A DNA stretch of 64,000 nucleotides from Eledone cirrhosa (GCA_964016885.1 OZ024740.1:371380001-371444000), one strand, 5' to 3'; positions 14,845 to 31,333 are shown, counted from the stretch's first letter. Numbers and translations are program-made. Notes: generated by a model not told the origin, from the letters alone.

Positions 14845-14900
<56 letters not shown>

Positions 14901-15194
14901 CATACACACACATTTCCTGTTTGTTTATAATTCACATAGACAAAATTATAACACCGTCTACCTACTGAGTCGTTGTGCACTCTCAATGATTAAATGTCTC
15001 GCTTAGATAAACTAAAATTATACTGCTTACATTAGTGCACATCTCTCTGTCTTTCTTATATATGTACAATATATATATACACACATACATACATACACAC
15101 ATAAATGCATGCATACATACATATATGCATGCATACATACATGCATGCATACATACACACACACACGCACACACACACACACATATATATATAT

Positions 15195-15235
<41 letters not shown>

Positions 15236-15365
15236 TTTATATGCACATTTGCGCAGTCTCGGTTATTTCTAATCTGAGTATATAGATATAACTTTATCAT
15301 AAACTTCGACCTCTTAGCACATTAGCGCACAAATTAATACACACATACACACTCACGCACACACA

Positions 15366-15415
<50 letters not shown>

Positions 15416-15595
15416 GCTTATGTGAACGTATGTATGTATGAATGTATGTATCTCTCTCTCTCTATATATATATATATACATACATATAAATATGCACTTA
15501 CATACACTTATCCGTGGCATGTCTTTATGTTTATATATACTCACACACCCATTCACACACACAACCAACACATACACACACACAAATACACACAT

Positions 15596-15657
<62 letters not shown>

Positions 15658-16002
15658 TCCCCCTCACACCGCGTAACATAGTTTCTAGTAGATTCAGTAA
15701 ATTTTACTTTTCTTCGCATTATTGAATTTGAGTAAATTTTCATACCTAAATAGTGTAGCTTCTATTTTTTTCTCTGCCCCCCCCCCTCTCTCTCTCTCTC
15801 ACCCCACCCCACCCACATATACATATATGCTCTATCTATAGATGGATATGAAAACTTATAGATTTATATAGTTTTGCCTATCAATCATTCTATTTATCGC
15901 TTGGCACACACACACATGCATACGCTTGCACACACATGCATACGCGTGCACACACATCTACATAAATACTCAATCAATCAATCAATCAATCAAAATCAAT
16001 CA

Positions 16003-16033
<31 letters not shown>

Positions 16034-16154
16034 AAAATATATATACATACATACATACATATATGCATACACACGTAAATGCATACATACATATACAGAT
16101 AGATATTCAAACATTTTTACATCCATCTACCTGTCTCTATTTAACGATTTAACC

Positions 16155-16227
<73 letters not shown>

Positions 16228-16961
16228 GAGTGAGAGAGAGAGAGAGAGAAATAGATAGATAGATAGAGAGAGAGATAGAGAGAGAAAGAGAGAGAGAGGG
16301 GCAGAGACGGTGAGTGAGAGATAGAAAAAAGAAAAGAGCAAGGTTTAGAAAGCGAGTGAGAAAGGGGAAATAACCACCCAGCTGGAGTCGTTGGTGATTG
16401 ATAGAAGTGCATCATTAACTAAAACGACATTAAGTGAAAAATTATCAAAGTGGAATACAAATGGCGCATAGAGTAGTGAATCAGACATCAAATACTTAGA
16501 GTAGTGATTCACACATCAAATATAGTCATGCACTGAGTATCTTGGAATTGCATTTTAATTTTTTATGGAGATAGCATTGACATTTCTTCCATTTTTGTTT
16601 ATACAACATTTATTGTTGTTGTTATCATCATCGTTGTTGTTTAACCCCCGAATCTGTTGATAGAGCATTCGTCGCTGATCGTGTCGACAGGGTGTTGGCT
16701 TATTCAATGTTCAATGTTTCAATGGTTCGTATACTCTGACCGAAGGACAAATTATTAATTAGGTAGCTAATCATAATTAGACAGTTAAAATGTGTTATAT
16801 TATTGATTTTTCATATAGTCACAAGATCTCAAAAAATGGGAGGAGGAGGTATAGAGTTGATTAAATCATATTCTGTATTTGACTGGTGTTTATTTTATCA
16901 ATACTGGATGTATGAAAAGCAACATTGACCTTGGCTAGTTTGCAACTATCATTGTGAAGGT

Positions 16962-17145
16962 GGATTGGCAGTATCGGTAGAGGGTAGGACGAAATGCTTT
17001 GCAGCATAGAGTTACGGCCCTTTACGGTCTGAGTTCAAATCCCATCGAAGTTAACTTTGCCTTTCATCCTTACGGGATCGATAACATAAAGTACCAGTAA
17101 TGTACTGGGGGTAATTGCTGGTCTTGTGCCAAAAGTAGAAACAAT
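16962..17145 (+). mobile_element. SINE family A with TSD ATTGTGAAGGT, between two older SINE copies (~16830-16945 minus, ~17165-17325 plus)
   Basis: Full head-to-tail match to 2579-2764; duplicated flank at 16951 and ~17147. Confidence 0.9.
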
Positions 17146-17660
17146 TATTGTGAAGGTTCTTCGGGCAGTGGTTTGGCAGGATTGGTAGAGCGTCGGAAAA
17201 ATGTCATGTGCTATTTAGTCATGTGACTTTACATACTCAGTTAAATCCTCACATGTGTTAACATTGCTTTACCCCCCCCCCCCCCTCACAATTTGTGGCC
17301 TTGTGTCAATGTTAAAAACCATTATTGTAAAGGGCTTTTATATATTTCAAAATTATAACATGCTTAGTTCAATTCGAAAAAAGACATAGGGTATCAAAGA
17401 TTATAAATCGAACTTTGATTGATCGATTTATTGTCTTCTGTTAATTTATATATTTGCATCGGTGGTGGTAAATATCTCACTGGTGTAACTAGGCTTCTCA
17501 GCATCCGGTGGTAAACATACTTACGATACTCACTTCCTAATCAACAGGTATGATGAGCCAGGGGACATTTTGCACCCATTTCACCTGGTCTACGGAGTGA
17601 TTTCTCCCCTTGTCACCAACCTTTGCTAGGCCTCGATTAGCTGTAAATAGGCACTATATT

Positions 17661-17845
17661 ATAATTGTTTCTACTTTAGGCACAAGGCCAGCAATTATCA
17701 GTACATTACTGGTACTTTATTTTATCGACCCCGTAAGGATGAAAGGCAAAGTTAACCTCGACGGGATTTGAACTCAGATCATAAAGGGACATAACTATGC
17801 TAGAAAGCATGGCGTCTGACCCTCTACCGATACTGCCAATTCACC
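17661..17845 (-). mobile_element. SINE family A
   Basis: Reverse complement matches consensus. Confidence 0.9.
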
Positions 17846-18851
17846 ATTAAATATAATAGATATCTCTCAGATGACCCGGCTCATTTTGTTATGAATGAGT
17901 ACCGCATTGAAACAACTACTCACCAGTAGTTATTGTGTTAGTTTGACATGCTAAATTGGAGTCCGCCTATCATTATATCTACGAGAGAGACGGCATATAC
18001 ATTCCAAATGGTTCACTGGAGGGACTCATAAAAATCCAGCTCTTCGAATTTATGACAGAAAACTGATCAAGAATACAAGCAAAGAGCCTCTACGTCGTCA
18101 CTCGGCCTATTAAGAGTAGTCTTAAAATCTCTTTCAGTTATACAGCAAATGAATATAACAAACACCACCTGTAAATAATTTCCGTTTTTTAGACGTAGTG
18201 ACCATGTGGTTACTCTTGATCAAGAAGGGTAAGGATTTCATACCGTGTCTGAAGCATACACTGATGTCTTTTTGACACCATGTTTACATCTTCAAGCAGA
18301 GGAACAGCTTCAATAACAGAACACTAAATCTTCTGGAAATTTGTGAGTTGTATGATAAACAGTACTGATATAGATTTGTGTTGAATTTTAAGATAGGCAC
18401 AAGGTCACTAATTTAGAAGAAGAGAATTGTTGATTGAATTTATAAATCTCAGTACTCTTCTGCTACAGTATATTATCGACTCCCGATGAAAGGATGAAAG
18501 GCAAAGTTGGCCACGGTGAGTTTTAACTAAATACCACAAGACATATTGTCTAATGCTCTAACGATTCTGAAAAACAACAGCAACTAAATAAAATATATAT
18601 AAAATTAAATATCCTGTAAAAAATTAAAATACCAGACATTCCATTTAATCGGAACTGAATGGATTGTCATACACTTAGTGCCTGATGTATGTTTCGGTGT
18701 ATAAGACTAACTATTTGTTTTGCCTAAAACTTTTATGTCAATATTTGTTTACTCCATATCAGATATTAATAAAAATCTTCCTCAAGATAAAGTTGAGACT
18801 TATACACCGGGGCTTCTAATACCCACAAATCGATAGTTTTTGAATAACACA

Positions 18852-18920
<69 letters not shown>

Positions 18921-18923
18921 ACG

Positions 18924-18958
<35 letters not shown>

Positions 18959-18961
<3 letters not shown>

Positions 18962-19232
18962 AGGAAAAGAAATCGAAAATGTAACTGGAGTCTTTTTAAA
19001 AATATTTATTTATTTCCTTTATCGGTTTCACAGAGTTTGTGGTTTTTCATGTATCAGACGCGAGACAAGCCACGAACTCTCCATCTCAATTATACATTTG
19101 AAAAGCATAAGAACTATGAAACTGGTAAAGGAAATAAATAAATATTCTTAAAAAGACTCCAGTTGCATTTTCGATTTCTTTTCCTTATACTTTCATCCGG
19201 ATTTTTGTATTTAAAAAACCCTCATTTTCTTA
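18959..19232 (+). repeat. Inverted repeat module in (TA)n (probable PLE tail pair)
   Basis: 18959-19032 is the near reverse complement of 19113-19188; a remnant GAAAC(C/T)G(G/A)TA-AAGG is present in both arms. Confidence 0.65.
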
Positions 19233-19389
19233 TATATATATATATATATATTGCATGCGCAGGAGAATAACATATATCTGTTCCTGGAGAAGTAATCATC
19301 TGTTGTAAGTTACATTATATAATTGTTTATATATATTTGTTCTGGCGCTTATTGATGAATAACAATTTGCGATGTTGTTGTCTTAGGTC

Positions 19390-19800
19390 ATGTTCAACCA
19401 TCGGTGATCGATGAGGTCCATTACTTTAATAAAAACGTGTTCATCAACGTTGCAGCAGAAGCGAGGTCGCGCCCGCTTATAATACATCTTCCGTACAACC
19501 TTAATAGCTATCAAAATGGTAGTATTTCATTGTTACAGACGGACGTTGTTGCGCGACAATCGAAATGAAACGTCTGCCGTTTGTTTGTGGTTCCAAGAAG
19601 CTCGCCTCTACTATGTAGGGGAGAACATGTGTAGCATCATTCGTACTCTTTCGTCGGGAGTAATTTGGATTCACACGGCCAAGATGATTAGAGATGAGAC
19701 TAAATTCAAGAGCTCCAGGAGAAACCCTCTACGATTATCCACTCCGATTTTACTGTCGGCTTCGTTCTCTTTAGTATTCTGCTATACCTTACACTCAGTG
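19390..19800 (-). pseudogene. Possible highly degraded LINE RT fragment
   Basis: Weak motifs DNRRG, RKSTNDATHVL and AIKVVRKMY in RT-like order. Confidence 0.3.
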
Positions 19801-20661
19801 AGAGGTTTGCTGATGGCAATTGTGTGTCATAGGCTTATCCACAAAGCAGCGTTGCTTTAGACTGATGTTTTGATTAGAACTAAGGATCCAACACACCAGC
19901 TCCAGTATTTTTATGTTCATGTGTCAACCCTTATCGAACAAGTCTGTGATCAAAGGTATTCCAGTAATGACTACACGTCCTTTTGCTGGTACATAACTAA
20001 TGTGTCCATTCTTTTAAAAGTTGATATGGTGAAATTTGTGGGAAATATGATTGCTATTTGTAACAAATGAAGCGACCATACAAAGGCTTGCTCGTTAGCT
20101 CGGCAATGTCTATATAGTAAGAATTTAATTGCTATCCCTATAGTATTACTATTAAACGAAATTTAACACAAACACTTTCTCTTCAACTTCAAAGAACTAG
20201 AAGGAAAATATAATTGATATTATCGTTTTTATAGTATACAAGAAATGTTACATTTAAAATTATTTAAATTCCTGTCATTTCAGAAAGAAAAAAAAATGGT
20301 CTTGTAAATTGATAAGTTATTTATGTTTCTGTGTTTCTAATAAAAAAATATCTCCCAAAATATGTTTCTGTCTAAAATTGATTTGTGCCAAACATTGTTT
20401 GGCACAAAAATTGTAAAAATGTTTAAAAAGGAAAATAGAAAAAATATTGGCAAATAAATAAAGTGCGAAGTCATATATATAAGAGAAGGTGAATGAGATC
20501 GCGTGGCATTCATGCCTTTTCGAAGAACATTATCGGCATGATGGAATGGAATTGGAATTCAAAGCAGTTTTGCTGGTCATTTATATTACTAAATTTATTT
20601 TTAATTACATCATCACCCCAAATAATATATTATAAGCTATATATATATATATGTATGCATG

Positions 20662-20692
<31 letters not shown>

Positions 20693-20719
20693 CTTGATTG
20701 AGAATTATTTTGCTTGGCT

Positions 20720-21681
<962 letters not shown>

Positions 21682-21852
21682 CTTAACATGTATGTGCGAC
21701 TTTAGGTTTCGGGGTCCAGTTATGGCCACCACTGTATATTGGAGGAGCCGTTCTAATATTTGAAATTTTAATTATAGTAAATAAGCACTCTTGCAATAGA
21801 TTGAGAATTATTTTGCTTGGCTTTTTTTCTACGGATATCCTGCATATAAATG

Positions 21853-22033
<181 letters not shown>

Positions 22034-22950
22034 ACACATACACACACATACATATATAGCATGTGTGTATGTGTTGTGTAGCATCAGATCATCTCTAATC
22101 GTGTAGACTCATGACATGCATAGTAGAAGACCTAGGTTCGATTCATATATCTATTCTTCTAAAAAGAAAAATGTTGCCTAGTTAAGAAACAATATACAGC
22201 CCGACAAATAATGGTAACTTACATGTGCTGCAATGTTTTGGTGTATAAATGTTGGACTCTCTCTCTCTTACTCCCCATAGTCCTGTTTATTTCTGAACGC
22301 ATTTTGTTGTTGCTTAATCCACAGTGAAAACTCGACTAAGCAGATCAATAACCTGAGACCTTCCAGCTATGACAAATCCACCTTTTTAGAGTATATAGTC
22401 GCGGTATATAATGTATATTGTCTTTATACAAGATGGTAGGGTGCGATTTGAGTAAAAATTGGCAACTATTTCATGCTGGTGGAACGGCCACGTAAAGATT
22501 TCTTTAGGTACCAGAAGTAGCCACAGTAAGCCGGGCTTATCATTGGTAGCGGGCAATCACAGCATTGTTTTATTGTGGGATATTGAGTCTTTTCATGCTG
22601 CAACTTTTTCTATATATGTGTTTATTTTTTGTTTGCCTGTAATTCCATCTGACCTTATATGTTTTAGATGAATATTTGAGAATTTGTCAGGCCGCAAATA
22701 CTTTGAGGTTTTGAATTACCTTATTCTTTTTGGTATTTAATAGAAAGACGTCATGGTCAAGATCGAAGGTGCATTTCTTTTTTTTGTGTGATGCAACCAA
22801 TTTCCATCATATATTTGATAATCTGCGTGTGTCTAGAAGATCACACACATTCGTTTACTGTTTGTACCTCCATAACTTAGTGCTTCAACGATTGTGATCG
22901 ATAAAATAAGTTCCAGATTTTAAAAAAATATGTAGTGGCAGTCGATATTA

Positions 22951-23137
22951 TGGATTGGCAGTATCGGTAGAGGGTCGGATGCCATGCGTTGACGCATAGA
23001 GTTACGGCCCTTGCCATTCTGAGTTCAAATCCCGCCGAGGTTGACTTTGCCTTTCATCCTTACGGGGTCGATAAAATAAAGTACCAGTAATGCACTGGGA
23101 TAATTGATGGCCTTGTGCCAAGAGTAGAAACAATTAT
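22951..23137 (+). mobile_element. SINE family A
   Basis: Full match to consensus; tail runs into (ATTATATAT)n-like repeat. Confidence 0.9.
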
Positions 23138-23538
23138 ATATATATTATATATATTATATATATATTATATATATATATATATTATATTATATATATATTA
23201 TATATATATTATATATATATTATATATATATTATATATATATATATAATATATATATATATTATATATATATTTTTTTTCTGAAGACAGTATATATATGT
23301 GTAGGTATGTATATTCCCTCTGATAGTTTGTAAAAATTTTACATAGATCTATATGATATACATACCAACACACATATATATATATCCTAGAAACGATCGT
23401 AAAATGATGAATTTTTTAATATAAGGAACTGTTTCTTTGTTTTTATTCATTATTTTTATTAATTTATTATATATATATATATATTATATATATATATATA
23501 TATATATGGTTTATCATTTATTCTTAGTTGCGCAGTAC

Positions 23539-23715
<177 letters not shown>

Positions 23716-24039
23716 TCACGCACATATGTATATATATTGTACTGACTGCGTAACTAATACTCATATAAATGTTCGTTCAGGCATCCTCTTATAAAATATT
23801 TTCTGCTAAATATCCTGTTACTGGGATATTATGCAAATTCTTTCTTTCTTTTCTTTAAAGCGTTTAATCCATCCATTATTAGTTTATTCCTCTCTTATTC
23901 CTTCCTCTAAAGTTTCAGACATACTTTGAGCCTTATTTTCAATTGTCAGGTGTATGGGAACACGGTTTGTATTAAGAACGCCAACAACATTTCCCTTTTA
24001 TGTATATGACCTTGTCGCTTCTTCATTATTATAGTCAAA

Positions 24040-24252
24040 TAGGTAGTATTGGTAGAGCGTCGTACACCATGCTTCGCAGCATGTAGTTACGTCTCTTTAC
24101 GTTCTGAGTTCAAATCCCGTCGAGGTCAGCTTTGTCTTTCATCCTTACGGGGTCGATAAATAAAGCACCAGTAATGCACTGGGGGCGATTTAATCGACAT
24201 TCTCCTCCCCTTCAAATTACTGGCCTTGTGTTTAATGTAGAAACAGTTATTA
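24040..24252 (+). mobile_element. SINE, longer subfamily
   Basis: Retains the gggggcgatttaatcgac...ccccttcaaatt segment that is absent from family A. Confidence 0.8.
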
Positions 24253-25104
24253 CAGTTAACTGCATGGTGGGTGAATATTTTACCGAGTTCAAAACTCTGG
24301 CAGTTCAGATCAAGTAATTAAGTGTTTACACTTCATTCTTTTCAAAGCAAGTTTCTAATTAAAAGAGTATAGCTATATCTATATCAAATTTATCTTGAAT
24401 AATATTGATAATGTGCCACACTGTTAGGGAAATGTATGAAGAGAAAATTAAACAAACATTTTAAAACTTAACCAGATACATTTTTGTCTAGAAAAAATAA
24501 GTTAAATCTTATTCATACAATATTTATACAATCGTAATTTATTTCATTTTAATGTGATATAAATACTTAAACAAAAATATCTAAAAAAAAAAAAGATTTT
24601 TGAAAAATAGATGTAATACAAAATTATTATTTATTTTATATTCTATTAACATTATTTCATTTATCACGGCTAATCAATCCGTGTAAAAACAGGGATTGAT
24701 TAGCTCTGTTAAGCGAGGGATTGCTAAATATATATACGTATGTCAATCTTGTAGAGTATATGTTGTTTGTGTTGTTATTTTATAAGTGCTTATTGCATAG
24801 ATAGCACATTGCTTAGTAGCTATAGCTGCCAAATTGATTGTGTCTGTGCATATAGTGATTTCTAATTTAGGCGCAGGATCAGCAAATTTTTGGGAAGGCC
24901 AAAGCTGATTACTATAATATTCACGAACCTAATATTTGTTTTAGGTATTTGGTAAAGAAAATCGTAGAATACTTGACTGGTACTTTACTTTACCGAGACC
25001 AAAAGGATGAAAGTCAATATTGCTCTTGGTGGGATTTGAACTCAATGTATAGATTAAAACTTTAAAAAAATTGGTCAACTGGAGGTTATGTGGTCAACTG
25101 TTTA

Positions 25105-25258
25105 ATAATTGTTTCTACTTTTGGCACAAGGCTAGCAATTTCCCCAGTGCATTACTGGTGCTTTATCTTATCGACCCCGTAAGGATGAAAGGCAAAGCTA
25201 AGCTCGGCAGGATTTGAACTCAGAACGTAAAGGGCCATAACTCGATGCTGAAAAGTAA
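25105..25258 (-). mobile_element. SINE family A, 5'-truncated
   Basis: Reverse complement match. Confidence 0.8.
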
Positions 25259-25609
25259 CTGTTTACTAATATTGGTTGCATAGGCATCATTTCATTATTC
25301 TATGTTTGTGATTGTGCAGCTATAATCAGTCCGTCTGCTTCTGCTTTCAGACAAGAGTTTTATCATTTCCTTTTATGTAGAGACAACCTACCGGTGGCGC
25401 AGTATATGCACCATACGACCTTCATAGCACAAGTGAAACAAACGTCTCATCATAAAACCTATTATCAGTAGTGTTGCACTCAGGTACAGCCGACGGCATG
25501 GCCAAACTGCAACAGTCAGAGAGCAAGGGCAGCTTCTTCTTCTTCTTCTTCTTCTTCTTCTTCTTCTTCTTCTTCTACACTAGTTGACATTGTTTGTTTT
25601 AAAGTTGAA

Positions 25610-25940
25610 ATGTATGCATGGTCCCGTGACTCTCAAAGGGGTCTTAGTGGCGTTATATTGACATACGGCGTTTCTAGGGAATTTTAAAACCTGACAGAGC
25701 CCATCCCTCTCTAGGTCTGAATACAGAAGATTTTTTCCAGAGAAGGATAGATGGTGAAAGAGAGAAGTGAGAAATAGATATAGAGGAAGAATCGACCCTA
25801 GTACTAAACTGGTACTTTTTTATAGACCTCGAAAGGATGAAAGGCAAAGTTGACCTCGGCGGGATTTGAACTCAGATAGTAGAAACGAATATCGCAAAGC
25901 ATTCTATCCGACGTTCTAACGACTCTACCAATTCGCGGTC
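25610..25940 (-). mobile_element. Long-tailed SINE variant
   Basis: Collinear with 13049-13382. Confidence 0.75.
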
Positions 25941-28435
25941 TTATTAAATTGAAATACCTATAAACCAAATTTTACTATAATATTCACGAACATAACATTT
26001 CTATTAGGTATTTCGTAAAGAAAATCGTAGAATACAGGGTTCGAATTCACTTAGATTTTTTTTCAAGCAATTTATTAATGTAATCTTGATGTTGTTAAAT
26101 AGAAGTTAAGTTTATATAATTTAGCTCGAAATTGCAGTACGATCTCTTTCAATCTATATCTTGGTCACGTGTACACACACACAGGCTTACACATATATTT
26201 ATATATGGACAGTGCATGTATTATATATGTACACTGTATGTATATTTGTGTGTGTGTTTGTGTGTGTGTGAGTGAGTGTATGTGGCGTTTGTGTGTCAGG
26301 AGGTAGTGTAAGGCATGATGTAAATTCTGGATGCGCAACATTTGTGACTCAGGCTGCTAATACAAAGAGACAAACATCAAGCAACTGTTGGATACTTCTG
26401 GTTACGGATAGCCATGCAACTGCTTCTATTTCTCTTATTTCATCTATGTATATACTTGTCCAAAGTTGGATTGTAATTCTTTAGATTGAGCGTAACCTGA
26501 CGAGGATTTAACCCCCACTCTTGGCTTAATTTATAATTCATTGAGCCTGGGGTTACCTATTGCAAATCTGTCAACTCTCCCCATCCGACGGGGAGATCTC
26601 CCACTTACTTTGGGGTGGGTGAGAGATGTCTTCTCTTGTGAAAATGGGTATAGCTTACATGTAAAATCTCCCCATTTTGCCTCATTCTTCCCCGTTTTGG
26701 GGCACCTTTTTCATGGTACTCCCCGTTTGGTTTTTAGAGATGGGCGGGTCTGCTAATGATGGATACCTCCAATTAAGAAAAGCCAAGCAATTCTGTGAAT
26801 TGTTTAATTGTAGACATACCTCCTAAGTTATGAAAAGGGACAATGAAGTGCTGAGTAAAGAAAAATAATGGCTTCTGATTTTGACACAATGCTAACAATT
26901 TTGGGGAGGGGAAATTCGATTAAATTACCCCAGTGCGTTACTGGTACCTTATTTCATAGATCTGGGAATGAGGAAAGGCAAATATGATCTCAGCAGAAAG
27001 TAAATAGCTGGAACCACAAAACATTTTCTTTGCTGCTCTAACGATTCTATGACAACAAACATCAGCCTACAGATATACGTAATATATCTATTGACTAGCA
27101 ACAGGGCTGCGTTTTATATGTAATTTCAGCATTTCACTATGATCTAATTACTAGGTGTGGCGCCAGTAAAGTTTCATCAAGAAAGTGAATGAAAGCTTTA
27201 GACAGAATGTCTGTGCATGACGGTATGTGGGTGTGAGAGAGAAAGAGAGGGGGGGGGGAGTGAGAGAGAGTAAGAAAAAAGACAGAGAGAAAGAGGGAGA
27301 AAAAGAGAAAGAAAGAAAGATATAGATATACACGATAAATAGATATAAAGAGAAAAGAGAACAACGAGGGAAGAAAAAGAAAGACAAATTTCATTTCCCA
27401 CTTAAGACATTACCTAATTCATATGAATATTTAGTGTTAGCGAGATCGATCTATCTAAATGAAAGAAAAAGAAACTAATACGCCACTAACATGTTCGAAA
27501 GCTATTTTGAAGAGAGAACAAGTGACTGTAGATATTCTATAGTGAAAGATTAGCATACGTCTTGAGGCCTCTTGCAAGCTATAACATTGTTCTGTTTCAT
27601 AAATGACATTTTTATGTAACGAAATGGAGGACAATTATAATTATGATCCAGTCTGAAAGCTTCTTTATCTCGTACATCTTTGTAAAATGCTTTTCAATCA
27701 AACTTTGTTTTATTTTTGCTCAGTAATGTTGTTTTCCGACTTAAGAAAGTATACTGATTTCTTTCGTAAGATATTAAGCAATTTTAAGCTTTCTTTGTCA
27801 ACCATAAAAGTATTAGATTATATTCTAGCTTAAAAACATTACTCTCTATCAGTTTCTACTTGTTGTTTACCATTCTGGAGGTTCGTTTCTTCATGATTGT
27901 CTTTCCTCAAAGTATTTTATTGTTAACAGTTATATAATTTACTACTTCTCACATAGCAGTGAAAAATTATTACACTACATTTTATCCTATTTTACACACT
28001 GTATTTATTGTGTTATTTTTTAATTCCTTGTGTATTCTGAAAAGTGCAGTCAATGTACATACGTTGTTCCCTTGTTTTAAACGACTCCCTAGATTAAATG
28101 GGATAAACTTGAATTTGTTTTCTGTATGTTGGAATGTTGCAAGACCGTCGTGTTTTTTGTATATTTCTGACAATATTTGTATCACTATTATTTACGTATA
28201 AATATATATCTACTCACTTTGCCACATCGTTCAGTGTTCATATACAAACATGCGTTATCCTTTTTAATAATTAATGCATGTCGATGAAGAAATGAAGTTA
28301 CTGGAAGATGTAGCTAGAGGACAAGTCTGATTACGGAAATTACTAATTTCTCTCATTATTCTACATTTATCACAAATATATACTTTATTTCCTTACTTTG
28401 ATTTATATTGCCTCTATATATATAAACTACAAATC

Positions 28436-28695
<260 letters not shown>

Positions 28696-28725
28696 ATAAT
28701 AATAAAATTGAAGACTATATATATA

Positions 28726-29627
28726 CAGGGTGTTCGGGATAAATTTGACAGAATAATATTTGGTTGTTTTTTCAGATGTTTTAAATTCATTCATGCCCAC
28801 TAGGCTTTATTTGAAAGTTTAAACCCTCCTTCATTCATATATGTGATGACAACGAGAATGGATGACTGGGAGCCACCTGAATCATGGAAGAGAATAACTT
28901 GTATCATGATGATTCGCGCCGGCCATCAAAATAAGGAGATTATGGTCGCTGCTCAATGCTCCCTGAACACTGTAAAAACAATCCGGCATGAACTGGAGAA
29001 TTGCAATGGAGACTACGAGGCTGTGGCTAGAAGAAAGAAACATAACAGAAGATCTGATTGATCTCGCACAGCAGAATTCCTCGAAAATCTGCAGAAAAAA
29101 GTATTGGAGGACCCTGGCATCGGAATTCGGTCTTTGTCGCATGAATTGAAGCCCTGGATAACAAGGGTAGCCAATAATAGGCCGTATGTATGGCAGCTGG
29201 ATTCGGCCCCCTGCCACACCTCGGGGAAAAGTAAAAAATGGTTGTCAGCCAAGTTTTACGACTACACCAGTCCCAATGTTTGGCCTCCGAACTCCCCTGA
29301 TCTTAACCCGATGGACTATTATGTATGGGGCGCTGTAGAGAAAGACACCAATCGCCGTGCCAGTACTACAAAAAGCCCAGTAAATCGACAGAATTAAAGT
29401 AGTTTTTGAGGGCCTTCCCAGGCAAAGTGTAAAATCAGCTTGCTCTAGGTTCCGGGCCCGGATTGAGGCTGTAATAGACGCTAATGGAGGTTATTTTGAG
29501 TAAAACTCTTTGACAATAGTGTAATTTCCTTCTCCATTGAATTTCTTTTAAACCAAATAAATTTTGTAGATACCAAGCACTTTTTCTTTTTCCTGATGAA
29601 ACTGTCAAATTTATCCCGAACACCCTG
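28726..29627 (+). mobile_element. Internally deleted Tc1/mariner, DD37D (maT) type
   Basis: 26-bp perfect TIRs cagggtgttcgggataaatttgacag (28726-28751 and 29602-29627), TA TSD. HTH-like ORF 28843-29061. ORF 29104-29397 WQLDSAPCHTS...WPPNSPDLNPMDYYVWG has 37 residues between the last two Asp; the first catalytic Asp region is deleted. Confidence 0.92.
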
Positions 29628-29854
29628 TATATATATATTGAAGATATCCTAATGCGTTCAATAGTCGGTTTTAAGCTCCAGATTTCTTAGATTAAGCAAA
29701 TGAAAGATAATCATTCTCTTGATGCCGTTAGGCTACTGCTTGTAATATCACCAGATGATCTGGTACCAATTCCTGACACAGATGGATTAAAGTAATGTGG
29801 GGGTAATGTGTTTTGCCAAGAAATATACAAAATTTCTGCCATCACATTTCTAAA

Positions 29855-30068
29855 TGATTTCTAATTTTCGAACAAAAACAGCATTTTTGATAGGAAGAAA
29901 AGTCGATTAAATTGATCCCAGTATTTAACTGATACTTTATTTTATCGACCCCGGAAGGATGAAAGAAGTTATACTTGGCTGGATTTGAACTCAGAAAGTA
30001 AAAAGTCGTAACTAAATACCGCAAAGCATTTTGTCCAACTTTCTACCGATATAGCCATTCTACCGCCA
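29855..30068 (-). mobile_element. Older SINE copy
   Basis: tttattttatcgaccccggaaggatgaa...ggatttgaactcag. Confidence 0.7.
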
Positions 30069-30267
30069 TTTTACAAGGTATAAGAAAATTAATATTGCTT
30101 TAGAGAGCAATTATTTACTTTTATGGATCACAAAAAAGAAACAAAAAGAGTATTTGTTTCTGAAAGAATTTCTGCGAATAATTATAATTTCTACTCTGAA
30201 GCTATATAGGAAAATGTTTAAGAAATCCAGATCGGAAATGACTTCTCGTTAAATGCTTGTGTTGATA

Positions 30268-30478
30268 ATGATTTCTGATTTAGGCCCAAGACCAGCCATT
30301 TTAGGGAAGGGGAAAGTCAATTAAATTGACCCCAGTATGTTACGGTACTTTATTTTATCGACCCTGTAAGGATGAAAGGCAAAGTTAACCTCAGCGCGAT
30401 GTGAACTCAGAAAGTAAAGGGCTGTAACTCGATGCTGCAAAGCATGGTGTCCGACTCTTTACTGACAGTGCCATATTG
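30268..30478 (-). mobile_element. SINE, longer subfamily
   Basis: Reverse complement match. Confidence 0.8.
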
Positions 30479-30957
30479 GAACGTCTGCTGTAAATAAATA
30501 AAGGACAGACAAATATACTAATATGTGACATATGAGATAAAGCAATATTCAATGGGGTGCTGATAGCAAAATTGGAAAATTCTTCAAAGTGTTTATCACT
30601 TAGCTGTCTCTTTTCTCCTATTTTAATGACTTATATACTTAATTACATTTCTCATACACACATGTATTCTTTTAACCAATCTACGTTAATAATGATTTTT
30701 AAACTTTGACAAAAGATCAGAAATTTATATTTGGTTTTCAATCGAATCGACTCCAATGTATTTGTGGTGCTTCTCTTATTGATCCTGGATAGATGAAATG
30801 CAATGCCTGTTTCGGCAAAATTTAAAATTATCACTGACGGACGAAACTAATACTGTAAGACATTCAGTCAGTTTCTCTAAAGTGTTCGATAGTCGATATC
30901 ATTAAACAAATCTAAAAGTTAAACACACACACATACAGAGAGAGAGAGAGAGAGAGA

Positions 30958-31011
<54 letters not shown>

Positions 31012-31172
31012 TTAAAGTGGACGCAAACACGACATCGTGAAGTGAGTCAAGAAATATTAAACAGTTATAAAATCACATCTACAGTGATCAGAAAAAATGC
31101 CATCGTTACCTTAATGACCGATTCTGGGTAAGAAAGACAAGGGAGACAACACCGGAATTATGATTAATAAAA

Positions 31173-31333
31173 ATAATTGTTTCTACTTTTGGCTCAAGGC
31201 CAGCAATTACATTTACTTTATTTTATTGACCCTGTAAGGATGATCGGCGGGATTTGAACTCAGTCCGTAACGGGACGTAACTGTGCTGCGAAACATGGTG
31301 TCCGACCTTCTACCGATACTGCCAATCAACCAC
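31173..31333 (-). mobile_element. SINE family A with internal deletions
   Basis: Reverse complement match. Confidence 0.8.

Noticed and set aside
24669-24704. 12-bp hairpin gctaatcaatcc/ggattgattagc
   Set aside because: Single short hairpin without element termini; unassignable.
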